From: Tubiluchus corallicola
Taxonomy: Eukaryota; Animalia; Priapulida
Assembly (NCBI GenBank): GCA_030141605.1
Contig: JAQGDQ010000056.1
Coordinates: 62,001 to 126,000 of the forward strand
Direction of reading: 5' to 3'
Length of the DNA stretch: 64,000 nt
Shown: piece after piece, positions 12,561-24,400 of the stretch
Layout: every line of letters starts with the position of its first letter
How positions within the stretch are numbered: position 1 is the first letter of the stretch
The notes under the pieces: model-generated
What the model saw: the letters and a program-made list of their open reading frames with translations, nothing else
What the model was told of the DNA's origin: nothing
The model's database searches: none
Made by a program: the position numbers and the translations under genes

Positions 12561-13795
12561 TGAATTTTATTTTCACACATCAAAATACAATGTTGTACAC
12601 ATAAATAAACAATAAATAAAATGATTTGAGTAGAGTGAGGTGAGTGTACGACCATACGGTCATAAACACACTCACCTTACTTAAATGAAAAAATTATTGA
12701 AGTTATGCGTGCTTTTGTAGACGACTTAATGAAATTGATGTAATAAAGTAAATTATATTTTATATTGTTTGGTAGCTATTTGTAAAGAAGGAGAGGAAAT
12801 GATTGTATTGGGTACACTATTCCACAATATAACTCCACTGTGCTGTAAGGTATTTAAGCCATACGCTGTGTTAAATCGTGTTTGAAAATAGAGTCCCATA
12901 CTGGAAGACCTAGTATAGTGAGAGTGAACATCTTTGATTAATGTAAAGTAGTTAGTATATAATTCAGGCAACTGCCGGTTATTATACTTATACATGAATT
13001 TAAATAATTCAAGATTATAAATATCTTCTATTTTCAATAAACTAAGGTGTATGTACGATGGTGCTGCATGGTCTCTGCAATTGGAGAAAGTCATGTATTT
13101 AACTATTTTATTCTGAACTGTTATTAGTGGTTGTAATAAGTATTTTTTTTTGTTTGCCACCATGACAACACACAATTATGTCGCCAATTTTAAGTTCGAA
13201 AGTGGAAGAGTCTTGTTGTGAAAGGTTCCTACTGATTAACATATACTTAGTTTTAGTGTAATTAACAGTTAATTTATTTGCTTTCATCCAGTCATCAATC
13301 TTTTTTAGTTCGTTGTTAGTGCGATGTTGTAAAGTTGAAAGGTTAGTAGATGTGAGGAAGAGACTTGTATCATCAGCGAAAAGACGAGTGTTAAAATTAG
13401 TAGCAAGAGGTAGATCATTGATATAGATCAGAAAAAGCAGCAGCCCAAGAGTTGATCCTTGAGGTACACCACAGTTTATATCTAGCAAATCAGAGCATGT
13501 ATTGTTAATAGTGGTGAACTGTTGTCGGTTAGTTAAATAAGATTTAAGGAGTTCCAAGACAGGACCTCTGATGCCATAATAATGTAATTTATGTAGTAGA
13601 ATATCATGCTGGACTGTGTCAAAAGCTTTAGATAAATCTAAGAATATTGCACATGTGAAAAGTTTTTTGTCTAAATTTAGAAGCATATTTTCAACAAATT
13701 CGGAAGTAGCTAACTAAGTTTTGCGTAAACCAAACTGAAATTTTGTTAGTATATTACATGAAGTGAGAAAATTGTTAATGCGATTACAAATAATA
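12561..13795 (-). mobile_element. 5'-truncated, internally deleted non-LTR retrotransposon (CR1/L2/Crack-like group): RT fragment plus 3' UTR
   Basis: RT motifs FQFGLRK, IFLDLSKAFDTV, GVPQGSTLG.LLFLIYINDL, FADDT and KTKYM in ORF 13108-13686. A C-terminal segment (H.HYTRSS...LWN) follows in another frame (12753-13175). There is an in-frame stop near 13715, a 3' UTR stem-loop at 12634-12681 and a terminal GTGAAAATAAAATTC. Confidence 0.9.
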
Positions 13796-14630
13796 TTTTG
13801 AATTATTTGATGAATTATTTTTCACGTTAAAACAAAAACAAACATGTGAATTGTAAACACTTTCATGCACTGATAATGAATTGACAAAAACAATGTAAAG
13901 TACAGTTATTTCATTAATTATCATTCATGTTTTTGTAATCAAACTACAAGTAATAGTAAAACTACAAACTGATAGTATCGCTATCACGTACCACGACCTA
14001 TAATTCGTCTATAGTATGTAGCAGCGATGACTACACGGTGGCTTAAGTTAACGTAACTCGTAGTTCGTACTAACGCTGAGATCCACAAAAAACATTGAAT
14101 TTGTGAAACTGTTTACTATACAGTTTCATATAATCGCTACTAAATATCCAAATCATTTCAAGTTTTAAGATAAACGACTGAGTGATAGATCGAATTATCA
14201 ATTATGACAGACAATCGGCAGGTTGGCTGTAAATTTCACTGCTGTTTGGGTACTGCGCTAAAAACGTAAGCACACAAAGCCGTTGAATCCCTCTGCGACT
14301 ACTAACCGCTGCAATCACGGAGATCAACATCGATTCTCACAAAACTCTGAAAAACAGTGAAAGCGGACTCAAGATTCAAAGATGGATGTCTCTTACACAA
14401 AAGTTCACACGTCACACTCACGTGATCTTCGGAGTGCAATTACACTTGGTTTGGTTTTATACGCTGCTACGCATCATTAAATTTTTTGCGCACGATTCTC
14501 TTACACTTTGCACACGACACGTTTCCACTCGGCGAGCGAAATTGGCTATTTGGCAGTTAGCTGTGTGAAGTGTGTTGTTGATTGCTTTGACTTGTCTTCG
14601 TTTTTCATGTGTTACCATTGTTACGCGGTT

Positions 14631-14642
14631 TGCGCGTGCGCA
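14631..14642. promoter_or_regulatory. NRF1-type palindrome in a CpG-enriched stretch; candidate promoter of the zinc-finger gene
   Basis: TGCGCGTGCGCA matches the YGCGCAYGCGCR consensus on the reverse strand. The region 13980-14640 is visibly CpG-rich compared with its flanks. Function is inferred only. Confidence 0.35.
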
Positions 14643-15078
14643 AGGTGTTTAATGGGATTATGAATAAATTGACTTTTATGCTTTATAATTAAATGAATAA
14701 TTCATTTACTGTGCTAGAGTTATGGTCAAATGATCGAGTTGACAAGTGACAAATTTTCATTCAAGATTTACAATTAAGATTGCGTACACCAAAACCAAAG
14801 GTACGTGAATTATGGGTAAGGCAAAGTCAAAGTCAAAGCAGTGAAGTGATGTATTGGAAATACTCACTTCCCTGTTTCATGCCTAGCCACAATGTGTAAC
14901 AGTATGAACAGAGATGATAATGGTTACCTGTTAGGTCACTCTTTTTTATTTCCTGTTTTGTTAGTGAGAGTACTATGACTTGAATTGTGCAAACTCGCCA
15001 ACAGTTGTCTCACATTGGTTACATCCTACTTGTGACGCTGGCATTACTTTTATTACTGTTAGCCTCCACCCTATCTGG

Positions 15079-15431
15079 GCTTCCCTGTCGGAGTCAGCTG
15101 TCAGGTTATCACCTTAGGCTGATGAGTCTGTTGCTATGAAACTCCTATACTGTTTTAAGTAATGGTTTATTTTGGCTAAATCCGTGCAATTCCTGGGTTT
15201 CCTATTACTATTAGTTTTCCTTTTACACGTTAGCTACCGACCTTAACTAATTTTGTTGCTTCCTTGTCGGAGTCAGTTGTAACGTTATCACCTTAGGCTG
15301 ATAAGTCTGTTGCTATGAAACTCCTGTACTGTTTTAAGCAATGGTTTATTTTGGCTAAATCCATGCAATTCTCAGGTTTCCTATTAGTTTTCCTATTACA
15401 CGTTAGCTACCGACCTTAACTAATTTTGTTG
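15079..15431 (+). repeat. Tandem duplication with 179-bp period, with a third diverged copy near 16720-16915; contains a hammerhead-like core
   Basis: Units start gcttcc.tgtcggagtcag at 15079 and 15258 and are highly similar. Each has CTGAT(G/A)A-gtc...GAAAC. Confidence 0.85.
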
Positions 15432-15825
15432 GTGTTCTGGCTGGTAGTCAGGCCATTGTCATGGTTCAGTACCACAGTATAAATACATTTTATTATTTCT
15501 TCGTATGCTACTAGTTACACTGCATTCAAAACTTCAAAGTTTTTTTGCATAGCTAGACATGGGTCATGTGGGTTTAGGATAATTTTTCACTAGGGGCTAA
15601 AAGCTCAAAACGAAAAGTTGGGGGTTGGGTCAGACACAGATATTGTTCCAGTGTTCAGCAACAGTGGCTTGTAGTGTATCAAATGAAGTTCTAGATAACG
15701 CAAATTTAATTAAATTGGCTGTCTCTCTAACATAGGTCATCGTGATTTCATTTAAACAATTCTAATTTCCTAGGTACTCAAGCATGATGACGAAAGTAAT
15801 TTTATGACCTTGAGGACTCTAAGCT

Positions 15826-16412
15826 TAAACGAAAACAGAATGATTTTTCATATACTACCCCATTTTCAAGACTAATAAAAAGTATACATTTTAACACAAT
15901 ACTGCAAAACCATTTCTGATAATTAAATAATAGATTAAAAACTTAATTAACAGTGGACAAGCCCAACTATTGATAGCGTCACAAACTAACATAATTTTCA
16001 ACAGCAAAAATATTCCACAAGCGTGTTGCACGTGTTTGCTAAAACTAAAATTGAAGTACAGTGCTACTGCAAGCTATTCAGTGTATTGTACTAAAACTAG
16101 GCATGTTTTAAGATAAAAATTCAAATTTCAAATGAGCTGACGAACGCGCGTTGTTTGTCACAAACTAACACATCTGAACTGAGAGGTACAGGACCTATTT
16201 TTGTGCAATCCGTTTCCGAAATGCAGGCAAACTAGCAAATGGCGAAATGCGTGTAACAGCGAAAAACTAGTAGCGTGAATATGAAATTGTGTTAGTGTGA
16301 TAATAATTCTTTCACGTAAGTCATTTTTGAAAAAAATAGTATGTTACCTTTCAATATTGTAAAGAGCAGATTGTTTTGACCTACAGTTTAAGATGGGGTC
16401 TGGTTTTGCTTT
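15826..16412. mobile_element. Dispersed repeat (probable non-autonomous DNA transposon), copy 1
   Basis: Colinear similarity over several hundred bp with 55010-55492, e.g. ctaccccattttcaag...aaaaagtatacattttaacaca...ctgataattaaataatagattaaaaacttaattaa...gaactgagaggtacag. Confidence 0.75.
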
Positions 16413-18422
16413 AAGGACGCTTTCATCTCAAGGTGAACAATTTTACATTGGTAACTATTTCACATTCACGCTATGGTCACCTTCTTACGGGCATATTAAG
16501 ACATTACAATACCCTAGGCTGGCAGTCATCAGTCTGTTCCATCCCCGATACCATTGTTTGTATATGAGACACAGCTTACAGTTACTTCTGCTGTATTAAT
16601 AACGCTATTGCGTAGAACTTATGTGGTTATGGTTAAGTACATGCAATTGGCATGCATTTACCAAGTGGTTGTATTGATGCATGTAAGAGCACTATGGCTT
16701 CAATTGTGTCGGCACTCCCCACATTGGTTACATACTACTTACAAGGTAAACATTACTATTAATTCTGTTAAGCTTGGTCCAATCTAGGCTTCCTGGTTGA
16801 AGTCATTTGTAACGCTACTATTTTCCAAACTATTGAGTCAGCTGCTATAAAACTTCTGTGCTGTTTTAAATAAAATGGTTTATTTTGGCTAATTTCATGC
16901 AGTTCCTGTGTTTCATGTAGTGATTTTACATGCAGGCTGTGCAACTGCGTGTGGCATAGTACCTTTTATGTATTAATATGTAACAATCACTGTCTGCTTT
17001 TGATGCTCATCTGCTTTTCACAGGGGCACTACCAACTCCTTTTCACAGATGAAACATTGTCATCACCAACTGCAGCTCAAGGGCCTCAAGCACTAGGCAA
17101 CTAGATGTTATGCATGAATATGTGCTCCATACAGTAACAGATTTTCAACATTTTAACGAGTATGAGAATTTCATGAACCACGTTTTTGTGCAGAAAAGAA
17201 GCAACCGATTTTCCTCGAATTTTTATAATTTACAGTGGCAATGATCAGATTTGTCCAATTCTTTTGTTTTTTTATTTGCTTATATAAATTAGTTTTCTTA
17301 AATGATTCGACATTAATTTGTTTCTAAAATTCATTTGAGCCTTTGCGATGAATACTAAGGTGATGAGTGATGACTCATACAGTCATACTTCTATAGTAGT
17401 AATGCTACACCGTCGGCTAATAGATTCAATTAGTTAATTGGGTCAAAACACTTTCTGAAAGTGAGTCTATTTAAGCAGCACCTACTTCAGTATAGTATAA
17501 AATTGTGCAGACAATACTTGTTCGTTATGCAGTATTTATGTAAAATCTGACTCGGCAGTTGAATGTGGGGTGTTAGGACTACTTGTATTCTAAGTGTAAT
17601 CTGGAGATTAATTGCATTTACCACTGTCTCCATTTTTTTTGCAATCTGCAAGAAAATAAAGTAGAAAACCTGTTTGGTTTATTCACCATCAATCATGACT
17701 TTCAATCATATATTTTAACAGACCTACGGGAACATACTACGTTACTAATATTAATTGTTTTCCGATCTACACTGCAGTTTATGAGACTGCTATAGTAGTT
17801 GTTCTTATAACATCCCTAAAAAGTCACATATTAATAAAAATTGAAATCGTTTATGCACTTGAAGTAAATACTGTAACGAAGCCACTAACTTATTGAATTC
17901 CTACCTCTTAAAATGTAAGATTAACAGCTCGATCAAGTAAATTTAAATTAGGTCAGTTGACCCAATAGCCATTTTAGTGTTAACTTCTGTATTAATTAAG
18001 TAGTGTGTTATGTCCTTTCAATAACCTTAATAGTTCTAGACTGAAGTTGTGTTATTTAGTTTAACGAATCGTGCAGATTAGCACTTTAAATGAAATTTGC
18101 AAGAGTTCACATTTTCCAAGAAGTACAATAATAGACCAATTTTAACACTTTGCCATTAAAAATCTGGCTTCCTCAAATTTTGGCACCCTATTTTACAGCC
18201 AAGTTAGTTTAATGATTAATATGGCCCTGGCCACAAACTTTTTTAATGCCTGGAATAGCCCACCATTGTACAATTACTGTTCCTGTTGGTTTGCAGTTCA
18301 TTTATTGTTCTTGGTGCAGTTCATGTGATCTTGCATTTGGAGTTTTTGATTTAGTTGTACATAGCAGACTAATTTCGATTTATTTTTATTTTAATTATAT
18401 TTTGTTTGCATTTTTAGGTCAG

Positions 18423-21400
18423 ATGTCAAGATTTTTCAGAAGGCCAAAGAATGCTGGTCGCCAGTGTGCTTACCCCTCTGTGATTACTGACAGATTGCAT
18501 CATAGAAAAACCTGCGGGGACTTCAGTGATCTGTCACATAATTACTCATATTGCTCATCAACTGCATTTGACTACAGTCCTCATCGGAATGAAACTCAGA
18601 ACTATGTGCCAGACCATTCACGTTTCACAGCATTTTCTAGTGACAGGGAATACAGTTATCCTAGTAGTTCTGAACAATATTTCTCTGCTGAACGTAGTTC
18701 TACTGGTACATTTAGCTGTAATCATAGCCAAGAAAAATTATACGCGTCTCGGTTCTCCAATGACACGAACAGGTCGCATGAATGGTCTTCTGACAGACAA
18801 AAGTACAGGTGCATGAATCGATACAATGTTGGACAGCAATATAAGCAACGTGAACAAATATATACAGGAGGCAGATCTTTTTACAAGTCCAGGGGGAGAA
18901 AATCTGTCGCTAGCTATGCCAGATATCAAGTTTTTCATGAACCTCAAAGTGCGACAAAATATACCCGGCACAAGGAGACATTTAATACTGACAGACAAGC
19001 ATATAAGAGAGCTGCTAGACTTGCCACAAGGAGTAGTTTTGACAAAAGTGGCCATAAAAATAGGAATTATTCTCCTTTCATTTCAAGCAGAACTTATCAT
19101 AGAAATAATTGTAGAAATAATGGTAATTGTGGAAGCTATCAAACCCCATATTATTCTGAAGGTAATTTCACAAATGAACGAAACACTGATCGCAAAGAAG
19201 ATAATGGGAAATATTCAGCCATGATAAGCTGGACGGAAGGTGATAGAAAACTAGGTACCTATTTGCAAAAAAGCTTACATAAATTTGTTGGAACTGAAAT
19301 TTCCAGCAAAACACATCAAGTTAGTTCATGTTCTAAGGTGCGTCAGTTAAAACCTTGTGAAAAAGTTAGGTGGAACAGCAGAAAATATGAGACTAGAAGG
19401 AGGAGTCAGTCATTTGAAATGAATCTCATAAATTCAAATGTAAAATATCAGTCACAAATGTTCAAAACAGGAGCCCCAGATCACTTATTTCAAAAAACTG
19501 TGGCAGTGTCGCCTGAAACAACCGTGCATGAAAGTGTAATCAAAACTGTCAATGACTGTGAAACCGACACCGAAATAATGAATACTGAAACAAAAATCGG
19601 TGAAGATTCCAAAGGTGAGAAGAGTCAGTCTGAAGATTCTGATTGTAATAACATTGTTAAAATAAACCTAAATACATACAAAATAGTGTCTCAACTGAAT
19701 ACATCAGATTTATCTGATGGTGAAATAATGTCAGATTCTGTGGATGTAGAATCGGATCCCTCAGATAAAGAACTTGTAGATCCATGTGAAAAGAACATTA
19801 ATGAAGTAGCTGAAAAGACAGTTGTAGATATGAAGCTTTACAAAAGAAAAACAGAGGCTAGTGATGCAAAGTCAATTTCTAAATCCGCAAACTGTACTAG
19901 CACGTGTAAAGCAGTGTCTAAAATAGATTCACAAAATTTATCTAATGGTGAAGTACTTGATTTTATAGAAGTCACTATTTCAGATAAAGAACTTACAGAG
20001 GTATTGGCAACAGATGCAGATGAATTTGATTTGGCAGAAGGAAAGGCACCTTGTTCTGCATTTTCTGATGTACAATCAAACATGGACTTATGTGTTACTC
20101 ATGGCCTAAAGGATCAAGGAGTTTCTGTCCTAAATGTTTCTGATTTATCAGATGGTGAGATAATATCAGATTCAGCAGATGCGGAACCCACAATTTCAGA
20201 CGATGAACTTACAGATGTACGCATAAAAAATGTATGTGAAACAACTTTGCCACAAACAGAACATTACACAAATTTGGATACACAGGTCAATGAGAAAAAA
20301 TGCAACAGCATTGCAAAAGTAAAGTCTGGAGTAGATGTATCAAATTTATCTGTTTGTGAATTGATGTCAGATTCTGTAGCTGTAACTTCTAATAGTAAGC
20401 ATTCGAATGCGTGTGCAGATTACGATGTTGAAGTGACATTAGGTAAAAGACAGACAGCCTGTTTCAAAAACTGTGATGTGCAAGCCAAAATGCCAAAAAT
20501 TGTTAGAAAATCAAAAATGAAAAACATTGCGAAGTGTTTGAAATCAAGCCTAACTCATGATGCAGTATCAAATTGTGGAAATGGTCTATTTCCAGAAAGA
20601 AAATGTTTAGTTAAAACGCCGATTAAACATAACCAAAAGTCTGATAACCATAAAGAAGTTTCTGGGTTGTTGTTGTCAAGCAGTGTACATGTTACTAAAG
20701 CACATGAAAAAGAAAACTCTTCCAATTTGATGCAGAGTGAAATTGTGTTAGATTCTGTGAGCGACAGTCCACTGAATAATGAATATGCTATTACTTCTAT
20801 GACATGCGTTGACAAAATTTGCACTAAACAAGGAAACTTATCTTTAACTAACAGCAAGCCATTTTTGCCTGAATTGTCTGATGGTGAAATATTGTCAGAT
20901 TCTGTGAGTCCTGCCTATGACACCAATTCTGATGAAGAACTTTCTGATGCACAAACTAAAAAGGAATCAGATTTATTTACCAGTTCAAAACAGCAAAAAA
21001 ATAAACCCATGATCTCATGTGTGGTAACTCCAGTAGTAGCAGCAAAACTAGATAATTTCTCTAATTTACAAGAGAATTCAAATGAAGACTATCAAGTGCA
21101 TTTTTCTGAACTGAATAAAAATGAATGTGACATTTCCTCTAGAAAGAGTGAGCTGACAGCAGACATTATTACCGTTCAGCAGGACTTGAAAAAAAATTAT
21201 CATTTGCATCGTAGTAAAGAGGACGGAAGTAGTAAAAGTTTATTTAACTGTCAGAAAAGTACTGCCTTTATTTCACATGCCAAAGAAGATCAGAAGAATA
21301 TCTCAGAGAATATTATTACCACTCTCAAAGAAGAAAAGACATTAAGTCCTAATGACATTGAACTTGGTAGACAAGACAACACTACAAATTTTGAACATGG

Positions 21401-24400
21401 GTCAGCAATATGTGATAAGCTATCAAATATCAAATGTAAACTGAAAGGCGAAGCTGTCGTAGAAATTGAAGAGAAGGGCATGATTACAGAAATAGCTAAC
21501 AGAAAAATAGGTAAGCTTGACTCTTTTTCGCAAATGGAGGAGTTTTCAACAGACAAGAAAGTAGAAGATGCAGCAGAGAAAACACCGAACCAGCCGGTTG
21601 ATGTACAAGACGGTACTACAAATTTTGAACGCACATCAGCAACATATGATAAGCAGTTGAATAATGAGTATAGTGTAAGATGCGGAGCTGTTGTGGAAAG
21701 CGAAGAGAAGAAAACGGATACAAAAATGAGTGAAGCTACTTCAGCTGTAGCTAACAACATCTATAAAAAAAGCACTGAGTCATCAAAACAATCTGATAAT
21801 CAAGGCACTGTTGCAAACTTCAGTATTACCAAAAGAAAATTTGAAAGCAGCATTGATGATGAAAATGTCAGCAATGAACAGGCTAGATGGTCTCAGCCAA
21901 ACGACACCTGCATGGTTGTTTCTGCTTGCCAAAAGAAGCGTGTGCCAAAGGCCAGAAAAAGTTTTCCTCCCACATTTGCAAATAAAATGGCAAACTGTTC
22001 AACTTCACCATCTTGTATTTCTCCTAACGTTGTTCCTTCCTCAGCTTTGCAGTCCAATAAACATCAATTAGCACATCCATCAGCAATATTGAAAAGCCAT
22101 GCCAGTATTCCAGCAAACGGTAGTCTTCATGTAAGAAAGAATGCTCAATTCTGTAAGCAACCATTATCAACAAAAGTCGATGATAAACAAGTTTCAGCAG
22201 ATGAAGGGGCTTCCAATGAGCCAGGAATTTTTATAGTAGAGGGAAGTCAAGGCAGTCTGTCAGCTGTTACTAAAATGGGTGAAACAGGCACAGAAAAGAA
22301 GGGCGCCTTCATGGTGAACAATGCTTCTCAAGGAGGGCCTGACAAGGACATAATATATGGTTTAACTAGTGATGAGTTCAACATGGAAGGACAAATATTT
22401 GATGATAATACTGTTGCTGATGAATCGATGAAAGCTTCAACCAACAGCAGTCATTGGTTACAGTCTTTGCAGAAGTGGAAAAAAGGTGCAGATTCTAGAA
22501 CTTCTGAAATATGCCACCACTGTAAGAAAACCATTGGATCCGATCATAGTTTTCTTATCTTTCATTCTTTTACTGAACATCCTCAATGTGAGGTACCTTC
22601 CCAGTTTCCGTCAAACGGGCAAGTAAAGTATTCACCAGATGCTCGTCTTCAGTTCTCCTGCCGATATTGCAAGATGGTATATAGGAATATTAACAAGTTT
22701 TTCTTGCATTGTAGATCCCATACTGGTGAATATAAATTTGTGTGCTTGATTTGCAATTTTCCTGCTATGTATAGAGATGAAATGATTCATCATTTTAAAG
22801 AAAAACATAAAGGAGAAAATTTTCAAGAAAAATCTTTTAAAGATGTTTTTGAGTATCAGGGAACTAAGGGACCTGAGTTGATAGGTTATCAATGTGGTGG
22901 CTGTGGTGTAGTCAAGCTTAACTTTGATAATATGAATGAGCACGTTAATGTTCACCACAAGGAAGTTCAACCAGTAGAGCGGGTAAATATGAATAGAAAT
23001 ATTAATATTCCTGCAGTTGCGGGATCAGCTTCTTTATTGCCTGTCCAACCATCGATAAACGCAACTGCAAAGTCTGTTACAGTTTCAACGTTTGAGTTTG
23101 TAGCCACAAGCGTGCCAAAAGAAACCAGTCGATTATCATGTCCAAGGGTTGACTCTAGCAGACTTACTAGGTCAGATTTGAAAGCCAAGTTATTAACAAA
23201 CAGTGTGAAGCGAGAGATTTCAAAGGAGATACCAGACAATGTTTTTGCCAGCAGAAATACAGTGAAGAGCAATCCCAGTCTAAATAAACTTCATCAAAAA
23301 CCTGCTGGTGGTCTTGCTTCAGAAAATGATGTACCAATATTTACCACAAGCACTCTTCAAGAATCGGCTACAAGTTTGCTTTCAGAGAAGAGTATTGAAT
23401 CAGACCAGTTTGCGGGAAGTGCCCGTCTGGGAATTGTTAATGTGGCTTCAAAAAATAGTGTGCCGTCATCTGTGACAAAAATTTGCCACCAGTCAGAGAG
23501 TTTGTCTTCAGAAAATGTTTCTCAGCCAGCCCGATTTACAGAGTGTACTCACCAAGAAATCATAAGTGTGTCTTCAGGAAGTGTGCCTGCATCTTCAAAA
23601 AATATTCCGGAATCAACTGCTAAACAAATCACTGCTATGCTTCCACATGCTAAAGTGTCATCTCCTGCTACGAGCGTTCACCTGGGATTATCATCTTTGT
23701 CGTCTGAAAAAGTACATACAGTTACAAACGTAAATATCCACTCAGCTGTGCAGAAAAGTTTTCCCTGTGGTCTGTGTTTAAATTTTGATGCAGTTGGTGA
23801 GCATAACTTTAAGCTTCACCTTCTTTACTGTCATGGGTCAGTCCAATATTTTAACTGTGCTTTGTGCAGTGCTAAATTCCAGGGAGTCGGCAAACTAACA
23901 AATCACATGTTGGCTAGGCATGAAGCTCTATTATTTAAAAAGTCCGACCAACCCAGGTTAATTGAAGATATTTCTTCTCCTTCGAGGGATGAAAAGGAAA
24001 AACCTTTGTTGACTGTCTCAGATTCATCTAATCTGGAAAAACCAAGTGCAGTAGATCTTTATCCCTCTTTAATTATACAGGAAGAAAAGAGTTCAAGTGA
24101 AATAACTAGTCCAACAACCACATCAAGGGGAGAAGCCGCTCCTCCGAATTCAAGTAAAGAAATTACTTCGTTCGGCAATATTGGTGTTAAAGCTTCAACA
24201 ACAGAACAAGTAAATGGCAAATTTAGTTGTCTTCCTTCTGATATATCGAAAAATGAAGAGTTTATAGCAAAATCCAAATTGAGACTCCAAAGCCTTATTC
24301 AGCGTGTACAGCAGTCAGCTAATGCTAACGTGGAAGAATCGGTCTGTAGTTCTGCAAGCTGTGATAATGAAGATATTTACAAAAATCAAAATATCACACA

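Noticed and set aside
18246-18422. First 59 codons of the 3687-aa ORF in the track
   Set aside because: They run through a T-rich polypyrimidine tract ending in a clear acceptor (18417), so they are intronic. The likely start is ATG 18423.
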